A stretch of 45,097 bases of DNA from Macrostomum lignano (Eukaryota), in assembly GCA_002269645.1 (NCBI GenBank), contig NIVC01004457.1, positions 1-45,097 on the forward strand, given 5' to 3'. The stretch's first letter is position 1. Each line of letters starts with the position of its first letter. Position numbers and translations under genes: made by a program. This document shows positions 11,112 through 23,033 of the stretch, piece by piece. A model generated the notes under the pieces. The model was given only the letters and a program-made list of their open reading frames with translations, did not search any database and had not been told where the DNA came from.

Positions 11112-12468
11112 CTAGCCTGCAGAGGGCAGAGGGCAGACTGACTGACTGACTGACTGACTGACTGACTGACTGACTGACTGACTGACTGACTGACTGACTG
11201 ACTGACTGACTGACTGACTGACTGACTGACTGACTGACTGACTGACTGACTGACTGACTGACTGACTGACTGACTGACTGACTGACTGACTGACTGACTG
11301 ACTGACTGACTGACTGACTGACTGACTGACTGACTGACTGACTGACTGACTGACTGACTGACTGACTGACTGACTGACTGACTGACTGACTGACTGACTG
11401 ACTGACTGACTGACTGACTGACTGACTGACTGACTGACTGACTGACTGACTGACTGACTGACTGACTGACTGACTGACTGACTGACTGACTGACTGACTG
11501 ACTGACTGACTGACTGACTTTCTTTTTCCGTCGCCGCCAAATGAAGGCTACGACTGCACTATAAGCTTAGAAGCGGCGATCTCTCTAATCGCCACTTGCA
11601 TGGTGAATGCATGGGAACCTAAATCAGTTGGAGGTAGAGAAAAGTGTGATGGGGAAATTTCATTGGCTGCATAGTTGCCATGGGTCACCAAGAAACATTT
11701 AGACTTCAGTTGGGTCGAGATAATAGTGTATTGTACTGAAGTTGGCGATCAGTGAGCAGGGTTAGTCATCATTCCGCCCACCCATCTTCAGATCCCAAGC
11801 TAGCGTTCATGTACTCAGTTCTGTCTGTCTCTTACCTAGTTGAGTACTCAGAATCGCCCTAAGCTCTGTAGAATAGATATAACCCGCACAACTGTTTGAG
11901 AATTGAAATTTGAAAAGTTGCTAGGTAAACAGTGGGGGTAAAACTTGGGGTAGAGAAGGTAGAAAAGTTCTCCCATCCCAATTCTCAAGGTCGATGCCTT
12001 GTCTGCATGGCAGAGAACTGCGATCATGCTGCCCACCCTGACCCCAGGGCCGCCTCCTCCCTTCCGTACTGAGACGGGACTCAATCATGCAAATCCCGTA
12101 CGCATTTAAGATGGACTGAAAAGGAGAGAAAGTTGGGGGCAGGAGAGGAGGGAAGCAATTGCTATCCCCCTCATCCGCCAAAAGCAGGCATCGCCTGTGC
12201 GGCCAGCTGAAGGGATGGGCGATGGACGAACCGGGGGGGGGGGGGGCGATGTGCACGTGGCCGCTTCTCTGTCCAATGCGTCTTGAAGGGAGTTGACAAG
12301 CTACATACACAGCAGTATTCCTCAAGCCTAGCTCTAGCTCTCAAGTCTTTCAATCGGTCATGGAAATGTTCTAACGTCTACCTAGATCGGCATTATTTGT
12401 ACGTTGCACCTCGAATTAATTTTCAACCTGTAAGTATAGTTAACGCTCTTTCCTATAATATTGTAGGA
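11112..12468 (-). mobile_element. Probable non-autonomous Helitron-like element carrying a (GACT)n microsatellite
   Basis: On the minus strand it starts TCCTACAATATTATAGGA and ends in a short hairpin CTGC-CCTCT-GCAG followed by CTAG|T, the canonical Helitron 3' end. The 5' boundary is tentative. Confidence 0.45.
11136..11519. repeat. (GACT)n tetranucleotide microsatellite, ~96 perfect units
   Basis: Directly visible. Confidence 0.99.
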
Positions 12469-13409
12469 CCTGCGAATATCTTTATTTTTCAAGATTAAAT
12501 ATTGAGATCTTCGCATTCAAATCCTGCAAAATGGCAGTCTCCAGCACAGAACGAACCCTTTTTCTACGCTTCTGCCAACATTAGAGTGTGCTCAGTCAAC
12601 ACTATCCCCTGCATGCTTGAGCACACATTTTGTGAGCCCAATGTAGAACAGCTGGGTCGCAAGTAATGCGTTTATGAGCGACATTTTTCCTGCATAATTA
12701 TTGGAAACGCGAGACTCTCTTAACTCTTAGTATTCGAGTGGCGAAAAAAACTTCCTACCTCCGGTGCAGCTGTGAGGAAGCTCACATTACGAATGTCCCG
12801 AGAAACAACTCTGCACTCACTATTTGCTAAAATTCAATGTACAGCCTCAATGTACGCTCGTATATTTGGGAGCTCAGCTCGAGAAACTGAAAGCTGAGCC
12901 GAATACGCTGAAACGGCTGCATATGAATATTATTTTAGATGCACAACAGAGGGAACTATGCTCAGCAAAAGTCAAAAGTTCCACCTGTACAAATCACGCG
13001 TAGTTAGAGAGAAAACTTCTCATTTATAATGCACAGTAAAAGGTGAATAAAAATATCTTTGCTTGGTGGGTGGAACTTTTTACTGTTGTTGGGTATAGGT
13101 ATACAGTGCATATAGAGAAGAGCCATGCTAGCTACTCGTAGTACGAGGTGTCACAGCAGTCCCACCAGTGTCACAACAGTGCCACAACAGCTACTATGAA
13201 TCAGATGAAGCATAAACGCAGAAACGGATGTAGAGTATGTTATGCTTAATCACACGGCTTTTACTTAGGGTGTGTCATAAGTAATGTCGATGTGAAAACA
13301 GACGACCTTGCAATCGCAGATGAACAAAACTGTATCACTCAGCAACATAAGAGTCCCCCAATATCAATCACCAGAGGGGTTTTGCAAAGATTTGACAAGA
13401 GTGGCGCGA

Positions 13410-14090
13410 CAAGTTACAAGTTGATTAGTGACAAGCTACAAGTGCGCCTGATTTGTGTTGCTCACGCACGCTTGTAGATTTAATTGACAAGTTACAAGTT
13501 GATGGGCAATCAACTGTAGTCTATGGTTGAGCTTATTCCATGTAGGTACAAATTGACTGCATGATTTTATCTCCCCGCTAAGGTCTTCTTTGTTGTCCAA
13601 CTATACATTTCTTTAGATAAGCATGCCATAAACGAACGAAAACAAGCGACTGTTTTTATCTCTAGTTCGAGATCACAAAAGCGTATTGTTTGGAGAATTT
13701 AGCGCCATTGTTACTAAGGACAAAAGAATTGCTTGCTGGAAGAATTTCCTTGAATTTTTGATTGAATGTTCGGGGACGCTTAATTGGATCCTCCGCATCG
13801 GAATCTTCTGAATCTGAATCGTAAAACATTTTTGCTCAATGCATGTGATATATGCTTTCAACCGATTACAAGCTTGAACAGCTCGTGGTTCACTACTCAA
13901 CTTGTCACACTTAAATTTACTATGACACTAGTCAATATTAGATTCTATACAATAAACTGCTTGTAGCGCGACTAGTCACTATTCACTTGCTTGTCGCCTA
14001 CTTGTAACTAGTCAAGTCTCTATGCAACATAAGTCACCATTCACTATTCACTTGTCAAGCTTGTAGCTTGTAACTTGCGACTAATCAATT
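13410..14090. repeat. Degenerate inverted arrangement of CAAGTTACAAG / CTTGTAACTTG motifs (old MITE-like remnant)
   Basis: Clusters of ACAAGTTACAAG at 13410-13505 and reverse-complement clusters at 13960-14085. Confidence 0.35.
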
Positions 14091-14750
14091 CTATGCAACA
14101 CCCCCCAGTGCTCATACAGCTTCTCCACCTCAGCCTGCAGGTGGTTTTCCTCCAGCTGCCGGAGCCAGTAGTGCAACGCGGCCTGTTTGACCTTTTCATG
14201 GTTTGCAAAAATCCTCTCGGAAAAGTCAGTCTTGAGCCATTTGAACAGAAATCTGTCGCACAAGTTGAAGTCCGGGCTGTAGGGACTCTGCCAGAGCAGA
14301 TTCACTCGCCGTGCAGCCAGAAAATCCGAAACAGCCTTACAGGTGTGCGGCCGTGTGGTGTCCATCTGCAACAGCACCTCGTCCAGGTGAATTGGGTTTG
14401 ACCGGAGAGAGCGCCAGAGGTCTCCAGTGTGCCGGACAAAGTCGATAAAATACTGACCTTCGACATTGGTGTTCAGTGGAATTGTGCAGATGGAGACTCG
14501 TTTGTTTGGAGTGAAGGCCACCAGCAGCATGGTATTCTTGTCCCGACTTCCTGGTCACTGTCGCCTTGGAGTCCCCAGCTCCCAGCCAGCAGCAATTGTC
14601 TGCCTTGCTGCCCTTGCCCTCCAGGTGAAGCCAGGTATTTTCTTCAACAACCAGGCAGTTTAGAATGTCATCCAAGCCCCGGCTGCTGAACACCTTGTGG
14701 ATCTGCCTGGCGCAGGCGTCTTGTCGAGATTCATTGTGATTTGTGTTCAT
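14081..14750 (-). pseudogene. Mariner (DD34D) transposase fragment, frameshifted
   Basis: QMDTTRPH...QSPYSPDFNLCD with 34 residues between the second and third Asp. The upstream frame holds VVEENTW (degenerate first-Asp motif). No TIRs identified. Confidence 0.85.
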
Positions 14751-14856
14751 TGTTTAGCAATTTGACGATCATTATTCACATTTTTAATGCAGAACAATCC
14801 ATTACTACAAACAATGCATTGTCTGTAGGATCGTCAAATAGAAAAACAATGCAAAG

Positions 14857-14951
14857 AATCAGCGGTCGCAGCACGTGACAACGATTTGTCTATGGCTCGC
14901 GCCTACCGGCGCTCGCCAGACAATCGTTGTCACGCACTGGGACCGCTGATT
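14857..14951. repeat. 95-bp hairpin / mini foldback with ~35-bp imperfect arms
   Basis: AATCAGCGGTCGCAGCACGTGACAACGATTTGTCT versus the reverse complement of AGACAATCGTTGTCACGCACTGGGACCGCTGATT. Confidence 0.85.
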
Positions 14952-15126
14952 ATTTATCCATTGCATAGACGATTTTTCTCGCGTTGCACTTGCTAAATCT
15001 GCTCAACGAATTCTTGCGGTAGGCTGGGCCATAAACATCCTATGCACGTCTCGAATGTACTGGTATTGCTTTACTAAGTATACTTTGCAACTGAACTACC
15101 CACAAGTGCATATGCCTACATACTTC

Positions 15127-15439
15127 GGCATTCCTTCGGTTTACGATCATTGAAATTAGTGAGGATCCCCATTGGAGAGATAGGGAAGATACAAAACTGT
15201 TGTTTATTTCATCAAAATGCAAAAAAAGTAGACAAGCACTCCAATCCTTTTTATTTATCCATCATAACACTAGCTGCATGTTCAAATGAAAAAAAGAAGG
15301 TAAAGGGGTTATAGTGATCCATTTCACAGTTCCAAGAATCCAAAGATGATCCTATATATCCACTTCGGTTTACGATCATTTAAATGGAAGAGATACATGA
15401 AATGTGGGTGGAAAAATGATCGTAAACCGAAGGAATGCC
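15127..15439. mobile_element. 313-bp MITE with perfect 25-bp TIRs and 8-bp TSD (Merlin- or MULE-like)
   Basis: TIR GGCATTCCTTCGGTTTACGATCATT and its reverse complement. Flanks CATACTTC / CATACTTT. A third partial TIR copy lies at ~15364. Confidence 0.85.
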
Positions 15440-15731
15440 CATACTTTTGACACAGGCATGCAGTGACATTACTTATGACACACCCGAAGTAGCAACAGTC
15501 TAGTTATTAACAGCGACAATAGACATCAAGGATATGATTTTATACTCGGTAACGGCTACCCCTCTCTAACTCAAATTGACACGGTGCACAAAAGTTAAAG
15601 CAACGCCATTGGTGATTCAGCTGTCAAGTGAGTTCATTAAGCGGCACTAAGCGGTTGGTGATCAAGATGTCACGAGTGAAAGCATTGTCGTGCATGGTTC
15701 CTTCGTATCCATAGATAGAGTTTAGTGGAGT

Positions 15732-16685
15732 GCTTCAGGGAGATACGCTGGCGCCGTTCCTGTTCGTCCTGGTGCTTGACTGGGTGCTGCGGACTGCTCT
15801 TCCTACCGACGACGACGGCTTTCTGCTGCGGCGACGCGTGGGTCGACGTCAACCGGAGAAGCGGCTCAGCGTGCTTGGCTACGCCGACGACCTCGCCCTG
15901 CTGTCCTCGACCGTCGAGGGCGCCCAACGGCAGCTGGACAGGCTGGTTGCCGTTGCGGCGAGTGTTGGCCTGGTGGTCAACACGCAGAAGACCGTTGTGC
16001 TCTGCGTGCCGGACGACATCGAGGCTGCAATATTCTGCCGAGGCGCTAACGGGCAGGCGACCGAGCTCCCGCAATGTCAGCAGTTCGTCTACCTCGGCGG
16101 TCTGGTTCCAGACGCTCGCGAGGACCTGCGACGCCGCCGCGGGCTTGCCTGGGCTGCCTTTCGTTCTGTGAGGGCAGTCCTACAGTCTGAGGCCCTACCG
16201 GACCGCCAGAGGGCGGCGCTGTTCCAGGCGGTAATCGAGACCATCCTGCTCTACAACGCCGAGACCTGGACGCTGACGGACTCACTCGAACAGCAAGTCG
16301 ATGCGGCGCACGCTGGCCTGCTGCGCGCCGCCTTCAACATCGGCGTCGAGCGAGTCAACCACGCGGTACTCTATCGCCGCGCTGGCCTGCCACGCCCAAG
16401 CGATCTACTGCGCCGTCGGCGACTCTAGCTCGCAGGCCATCTCACCGCGCCGAGTCCTACTACCCACAGCCGGTGCAGGAGGTGCTGCTGCTCACGCTGC
16501 AGGCACCCTACCGGCGAGGTAAAGCGCAAACTCGGCGTTACGTCGACTGTCTGCTGGCTGACGCCGGCGCCCCGGACACTGCCGGTGGCGCGGCCTTTGT
16601 TCGCGCCCAAGCCATGAAGCGCGCCCTGTGACGCTGACTTTTGCCATCCTGACAGCATATTTTGTTGTTGTTGTTGTTGTTGTTG
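15732..16685 (+). mobile_element. 5'-truncated RTE-like non-LTR retrotransposon (RT C-terminal half, pseudogenised) with (TTG)n tail
   Basis: LQGDTLAPFLF and YADD RT motifs, FVYLGG, and ILLYNAETWTL. Premature TAG at 16426-16428 followed by a frameshift. Natural stop ~16630. TSD TTAGTGGAGT at 15722-15731 and 16686-16695. Confidence 0.92.
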
Positions 16686-17500
16686 TTAGTGGAGTATATC
16701 TGATTGCAATTTAATTTCATGTTGTTGTTCTTGAGGGAATTTTGTTAAACAAGAGGAATGGTAGGGACTGTTAAAACTTTTTAAACACGACGTTGAAAGT
16801 GCCTTCGAGTAGTTCAGTGGGAGCACCTAGCGTCAAGATGCACTCAGCATCATGTTAAAGCTCCCCCGCCCCCGAGACCAGTGGTCAACTTTTCCCAGAT
16901 CTCAGCGCCTAGTGACGCAATTCACAAGCCATTTTTTACCACTCGTTTCCGGGTGGAAACTTCAGCATGTTGCTGCGTATGTATAGGCTTTTTCCGGTCA
17001 AGTATCAAACAGGCACCTCAAAGGTGCAAATAACTCAGTTCAAGTGGCAACAGCCCAAATCAAGTTGCAGATTGTTAATTCAGAGTTTTCAAAAGACAAA
17101 GTCAAGTGCATCATAGTCATTTCAAGTAGCAGACTCATTCGATTTTGTGTATTTCACTTCTGCCACGGTATAACGAACGCAAGAGGCGAATCGGTCCCAT
17201 AAAATTTGCAGATAAACTGAATTTGGTGTACTTGAGATTGCCATGTTGAACTTGAGTTGGATATTGTGCTACTTGTCCAGAAAAAACCTATGGTCGGATG
17301 GCCGCATTAACTCAGGGTTCGCGCACTAAAATTGATCCCTGACTCATCGTGAAAATGACGCTCAATGGGGGACTAACACCAAGGGCACAAAGTTTAATGT
17401 ACAATGCCTGACGATGAAAGAGTCAGGGCCTCTGTACACTAAACCATGTGTGAGTGCGTGCCTGTGTAATTATCAATATGTGTGCTGTGCCCCCCTTTAA

Positions 17501-17634
17501 GGCTCGTTCACACCACCAACACATAAGGCCAAATTTCCTGTAATCACAAAACTAGCTTGTACATTAAGTTTGATTCCTTTGTACATTGGTCGTGTGATTT
17601 GGGGGCTCAAAATTGATGGCAGTGTGAAGGAACC
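17501..17634. mobile_element. Possible Tourist/Harbinger-type MITE
   Basis: Imperfect TIRs GGCTCGTTCACACCACCA / TGGCAGTGTGAAGGAACC, preceded by TAA. The right TSD does not match. Confidence 0.4.
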
Positions 17635-18005
17635 TTTAGCAAACTGCTACGAGCATAAACGCTGAGCGCATTCGCTTTGCTATCTCATCTAGCTTGTTAA
17701 GGTGATAAGCGGACAGAGCCCCAAGGGAGTGGGGTTAGCAACCGCTGTCTTTATTGGCCTGGCAGAGCGAGGGCTTGGTGAGGCTCACTTTGCAGTTGAT
17801 TGGCGAAGCGGGCATGCTTTAAACCGCCACCTACCGGGTATTTCAGGCGTCCGAGCGTAGCCGAGAACAAGCCCCCCCCCCAAACCAGCCAGCTCAGACT
17901 GCACGGCACAGAGAAAGCGACAATTCAACAGACAGAAACAGGAAAAGCAGAGAGTTGGAATCGAGCCCAAGACCTGCCTAAAGACCAGACGAGAGAAACA
18001 GCTAG

Positions 18006-21000
18006 ATGAGAAGGCAGGAGTTGTTCATCCGAACAATACTGGTAGTCGGTGTCGTCTATGTAAGTGACAACTGTATTATTTTTTACAACGTTTCCGATTT
18101 TGGTGTCTCGTAAACATTGATTTTGAGTAGCAATATAAGTTTCACACCAAAACATTAAAACCACATAACTTTGATATTTACATTAGCTGGGTCTTTGATA
18201 TTTACATTAGCTGGGTCGGGTTTGTTGAGAACTTGGGGTACAGTGAGTCTGGCCGATCGATAAAGCAAAGAAACCGAAAAAAACGCGTTAGTCAGAACAA
18301 GCACAAGGCAAACGCACTCCTCTGAGGATCTCGCGAGGCACAGGAGACGAAAAGCAGAGAATTTTTGCCGTCTTTCCAACATCTGCTTCTCTGCATATTG
18401 TGGAACAACGACAAGCACCCATTGGCCACTATATTAAAAGTGCAAATTTTAGCTTTGGTAAATAGATTTGGAACTGCTTAGAATAGATGATGGAAGCCAA
18501 AAAGTTTATTTATTCTATATACTTCTAAAATTGGTTTGAGCAAACTTGGACCCGCAGAGCTATTAGCGTGTACCGGCTTTTAGTCTAGAATTGGTATGGG
18601 CACAAAAACTAGCCAAAGTCTAGTGGGATGACTTTGGACCAAGTCACGGCTTTCCTAGAAAGAGCTATAGTCTATGGTCTAAGTCTATGGTAGCCGCTGC
18701 TAGCTGGTGCAATTCTGCATACCTTAGTCTATGGTAGCCACTGCTAGCTGGTGCAATTCTGCATACCTTAGTCTATGGTAGCCGCTGCTAGCTGGTGCAA
18801 TTCTGCATACCTTAGTCTATGGTAGCCGCTGCTAGCTGGTGCAATTCTGCATACCTTAGTCTATGGTAGCCGCTGCTAGCTGGTGCAATTCTGCATACCT
18901 TAGTCTATGGTAGCCGCTGCTAGCTGGTGCAATTCTGCATACCTTAGTCTATGGTAGCCGCTGCTAGCTGGTGCAATTCTGCATACCTTAGTCTATGGTA
19001 GCCGCTGCTAGCTGGTGCAATTCTGCATACCTTAGTCTATGGTAGCCGCTGCTAGCTGGTGCAATTCTGCATACCTTAGTCTATGGTAGCCGCTGCTAGC
19101 TGGTGCAATTCTGCATACCTTAGTCTATGGTAGCTGCTGCTAGCTGGTGCAATTCTGCATACCTTAGTCTATGGTAGCCGCTGCTAGCTGGTGCAATTCT
19201 GAATACCTTAGTCTATGATAGCTGCTGCTAGCTGGCTCGTATTGCGATTCTGCACATCCTGTTGAAGACAGTTGCTTTGAGCTGCGTGCAGCACGAATGA
19301 GTCGACTGAGAAGTCCCCGGATATAGCTAAGCAGCACTTAGCTAGTAGGGAGAAACTGGCTGCTTTGAGAGATTAGGCAGTGTTGAAGGCGATTTCATTT
19401 CCGTGTAACTTCCCAGCAGCAATTGTCCCTACTGCGTCCGGAGCAAATAATTCTGGCGTTAATTTTTTATAGAAGCGAGACAGCCAGTTGCACACCAATT
19501 TTACTCTATAAGTAATTTTTTCTTGAAATTTCTACAAGTTCTATTTGCTATGATGCCAACAGACCTTCTGTTTCTGGATAGGCCCACTAGCAATGAGTCA
19601 TCAATAAGTTTGCATTGCCACAAATTTTTTTTTGAAAAATATGTTGGCCTTGAGTTGGCAAAGCCATACGGCTCATCAGTCCGCACGCATTTCTCACCTC
19701 GACTTCCGCAATCTCCCAGGCAACGTGGAAAACTGCCGGCTGGTACTGGTCTGATGGTGAGGAAATTCCCAGGTCAGTCATTTCGAGTCAATGGCCTTCT
19801 GTTGTGCCAAAGCCGCTGAACCCTGAGCCAAACAAGCCTCATGCACAGCAGGCTTGACGTCCAACTTCGCTAAAGCTAGCGACGCCAACTGCCAGAACTA
19901 CACCTACAACTCAGAGTACGCGAACAACCACAAGAGCTGCAGTCGCGCCCACAAAGAAAGCTGCACCAGCGTTCAATTCGTCTGCTCGCATACCGCGAAT
20001 TCTGCACCAGGCGTTTGCATCCGAGATGGTCTACGAAAACTACCTGCCTTACATTAACAGCTGCATGGCGCTGAACCCGGACTGGACATATTATCTGTGG
20101 CGGGACAGCGACGCGGAGGCGCTGATCAGCTCCGCCTATCCGGAGTTTCTCGCCAAGTACAAGAAATACTCTGACGTGCTGGAGCGGGCCGACTCTATTC
20201 GGTACATTGTTCTGCACCACTTTGGCGGTGAGCGGCTTTGAGGACTTGTTAGTTACCCGGAGCTTTGAGTGCCGCTTCAGGAAAGCATTTGAAGCTGAAT
20301 CATGCTAATATAGATGCAAAATCGGTCAAATTGGATTGAAAGAAAATCTATAATTTCACATAGAAGCATACGAGCCAGCCCGTAAAAATAGACACACTCA
20401 AGCCCTGCCACTTGTAAAGTGCTCGCAACCAATTTTTCTATTGCAGCTCAGCGATGCTACCCTATTACAGCCGGGTGGGTGGTCAAATACCTCAGCATGA
20501 TAGATCATTCTCTTATTAACTGCCTACCTACGTACTAACCGCGGCCTGCTCTGCTTAACTAGCAGCGCTGGCGGTAAATGCGCTATTCACTTTGCTCTAT
20601 TCGCTAACGACCCCTGTAGGGTTTTCATAAGCGCCTTTAAATCTCATATAGGAGTGATATCAGATGTCTTTGCTAGTTTCTAGAATTGTTTTCCGGCTCT
20701 TTGCCAGTTACAAATTACAATGCTTCAGGTGTAAATGTTGCATAGACAAAATAATTGCCTATTTTGTCAAAAGGTTCGGTCGTTCCTCAGTTACCAGGCA
20801 TGCATCGTTATGTTCCGACACTCCCTGCTCCGTTATTTCAGGAATTTACCTGGATATGGACGTACAGTGCGTCAGGCCATTCTTCCCAGCACTGGAGAAT
20901 TTTAACAGCTTTTTGGACCAGGAGCGAATCGAGCAGACGAACATCTTCTGGGGCTGGCCGTTCAGCGTGATGAACTCAGCAATGGGCTCCGCTCCCGGTC

Positions 21001-23033
21001 ATCCGTTCTTCCGCGAGGTGATCAACGAAATGTTGCACAAGTCTCAGATTGGCAACGCGTTTGCCACCACGGGCCCGGCCATCCTCACCCAGGTGTACAA
21101 GCAATATACGGCTGTCAAGCCCGCGGTGCCGGTCACCCTGCTCGAGCCGAATGTGATGTCGCCCCTCATGGATGGCAACAAGAACTGGCGCAGCATGTGC
21201 GGCTCATTGGGTGAGATCCCTTTTGGAGCTTAAATTAATTGTGCAGAGAGTTTAGGCAGGGAAAAATGACTAGTGACAAAAATAAGCAGAACGCTCAACG
21301 ACTCGGACTGCTGCGACCTCATTCTGGGTTGTTTAGCGGTTGTTGTTGCTAAATCACAGACGTTATTTGCGCAGAGGAAATGCTCGATTGATCAGTCACC
21401 ACTTAGCTTCTAAAAGTATACTTGCTTGTAAAACTTGACCTTGCAGTGCCGAAGCATTCACTTTGGAAACCTTACTATGATAACAGCGACGAGTATTGCT
21501 CTATGTAGCTGTTGCTCGTGCAGTACAGCGGCTTAGAAAGTCGTACTTAGCGATTCTGTGCATATTTTAGCCTAGATAACAATTGGTGAGGTAGCTCGTA
21601 CATGCGCTTAAATTTGGTAGTAGTATTTCACTATCAGCTACATGTGTGTGTACTAGCATGAAATGAAGCTCATCTTCAGACTGGAGCTGAAGGGTACCAG
21701 AATACAATGTAGAGACGTAATTAGGGGTTAAATAGGAGATCAATTTTCATAGCACTCGTACTTATGCAATTCCGCCGCAATCAATAACTACGGCCCGGCA
21801 TACATGGGACACGCTTCCAAACATAAAAGAGACGCGCGACCGCCATGCATGTGGATATGAAATACGTCTCACAACCCGAGCAGTTGTGAGACACTCTGCT
21901 GCACAATTTTTCTCTTACTGCAATGCTTAGTATTGGCAAACGTTGGTCTTATCTACGTGTGAGTCACATTTAGCAAACCCTGAATAGCTAGCGATATAGC
22001 GGAGAGCGAGCAAAGTCTTGCGGAAGAGAGTGGAAATATGAATTTAAATTTTTCTAAGTCGAGTCTTTGACCGGCTAGCTGGGTGACGAGATGCGTGCAC
22101 AAGTCTGTCAGTTAATCTGCTTTCAAAACTTTTGCTTGACTGAATCGATAGGCACAAATAGCTGAAGGCGTGCAATTTTTCTACTTTTAAAAGCAGACAA
22201 CACTTCAGTAAAGTTAGCAGATCCTGTAAGCAGGCGTCTCTTCAGCTGATTCAACAAGAGCGGATTAAAACTAGAGTGACATGCGCGAATGACACACACA
22301 GACACACGCGGAACTTTTTTCCTGACGATTTTCGGGTTGATGAAATTGTTGACACGCACGGAGTGAAGGCGCGGGTTTTTATTATCGATAGTTGAGAAAA
22401 CTCTGCAAGAACAGTAGTCGAATGTTTTTTGTGAAAAAAGGGTTCCTAGGGGAAACAGGCACGCCATCAAGCCGCTCTGTTTTGCATGCGTAAGCTCTAC
22501 AATTTTAACGCTGGCTGTCAGAGAAGATTTTAGTCAGATCTGATTTGTCATTCAGTGAGGACTGAGGATCAAACAGCAGTGAGGATTTGATTGCGCTGGT
22601 AGTTTCATTCTATGAACAATGAGAGACCGGGAGGAAGCAGTAGGATCCCAGGCAGTAGTCGCTCTCTCCCGCATTACTATCGCCGGACTGGGGCTGCACG
22701 GTTCTCTCCTCCAGATACTTGTAAAGGCAGTACAATGCTTGGCCGTCAAGAGAGTTTACTAGCTATACTACTAGATTAGAATCTATTAATAATTTAATTT
22801 TATGCCCCTGCTTTTCAGCTGCAGCCAAATCGAAGCCAGACTCGCGGCGCAGCTGGAAAGAGCGCGGCTGCATCATGCTTGAGTCGAAGAACTGGCGCTA
22901 CGATGACTCGGACAATTCCACAATCTGCGTTCACAGATTCCTTCATCTTGGCTACGGCTTCGCTGCCGGGGCGCGCAAGAAGCCGTTTAATGTCACTGCC
23001 CGCTTCTGGCCCCGGGTTCGAACTTTCAAATGA
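18006..23033 (+). pseudogene. GT32 (DXD sugar-binding, SUR1/OCH1-like) glycosyltransferase copy 1; exons 18006-18059, 19720-20227, 20842-21210, 22819-23033; in-frame TGA at 19855-19857
   Basis: Signal anchor MRRQELFIRTILVVGVVY|ATWK, IPRILHQ, ERADSIRYIVLHHFG|GIYLDMD, and PGHPFF. All introns are GT-AG and in phase. The C-terminus is 4 aa shorter than copy 2 (CGA to TGA). Confidence 0.85.
18682..19235. repeat. 44-bp minisatellite (~12.5 units) in intron 1 of GT copy 1
   Basis: Unit CTTAGTCTATGGTAGCCGCTGCTAGCTGGTGCAATTCTGCATAC. Confidence 0.98.

Noticed and set aside
11112-11540. SQSV-repeat ORF, and similar (RE)n/(SL)n ORFs at 35610-36160 and 38203-38526
   Set aside because: These are translations of microsatellites.
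19650-19682. Minus-strand CTGATGAGCCGTATGGC hammerhead half; also CTGAGGA...GAAA at ~18324-18355
   Set aside because: The first lacks the GAAA box. The second has a mispaired stem II and is not conserved in the paralogous region.
19855-19857. Selenocysteine codon in GT copy 1
   Set aside because: It sits at an indel in a low-complexity stalk, the paralog has no Cys there, and no SECIS was evident.
21866-21892. Perfect 10-bp hairpin GTCTCACAAC/GTTGTGAGAC as a terminator (similar hairpin at ~25467-25498)
   Set aside because: It is intronic eukaryotic sequence with no U-tract or further context. It may be a Helitron or MITE remnant but this cannot be supported.
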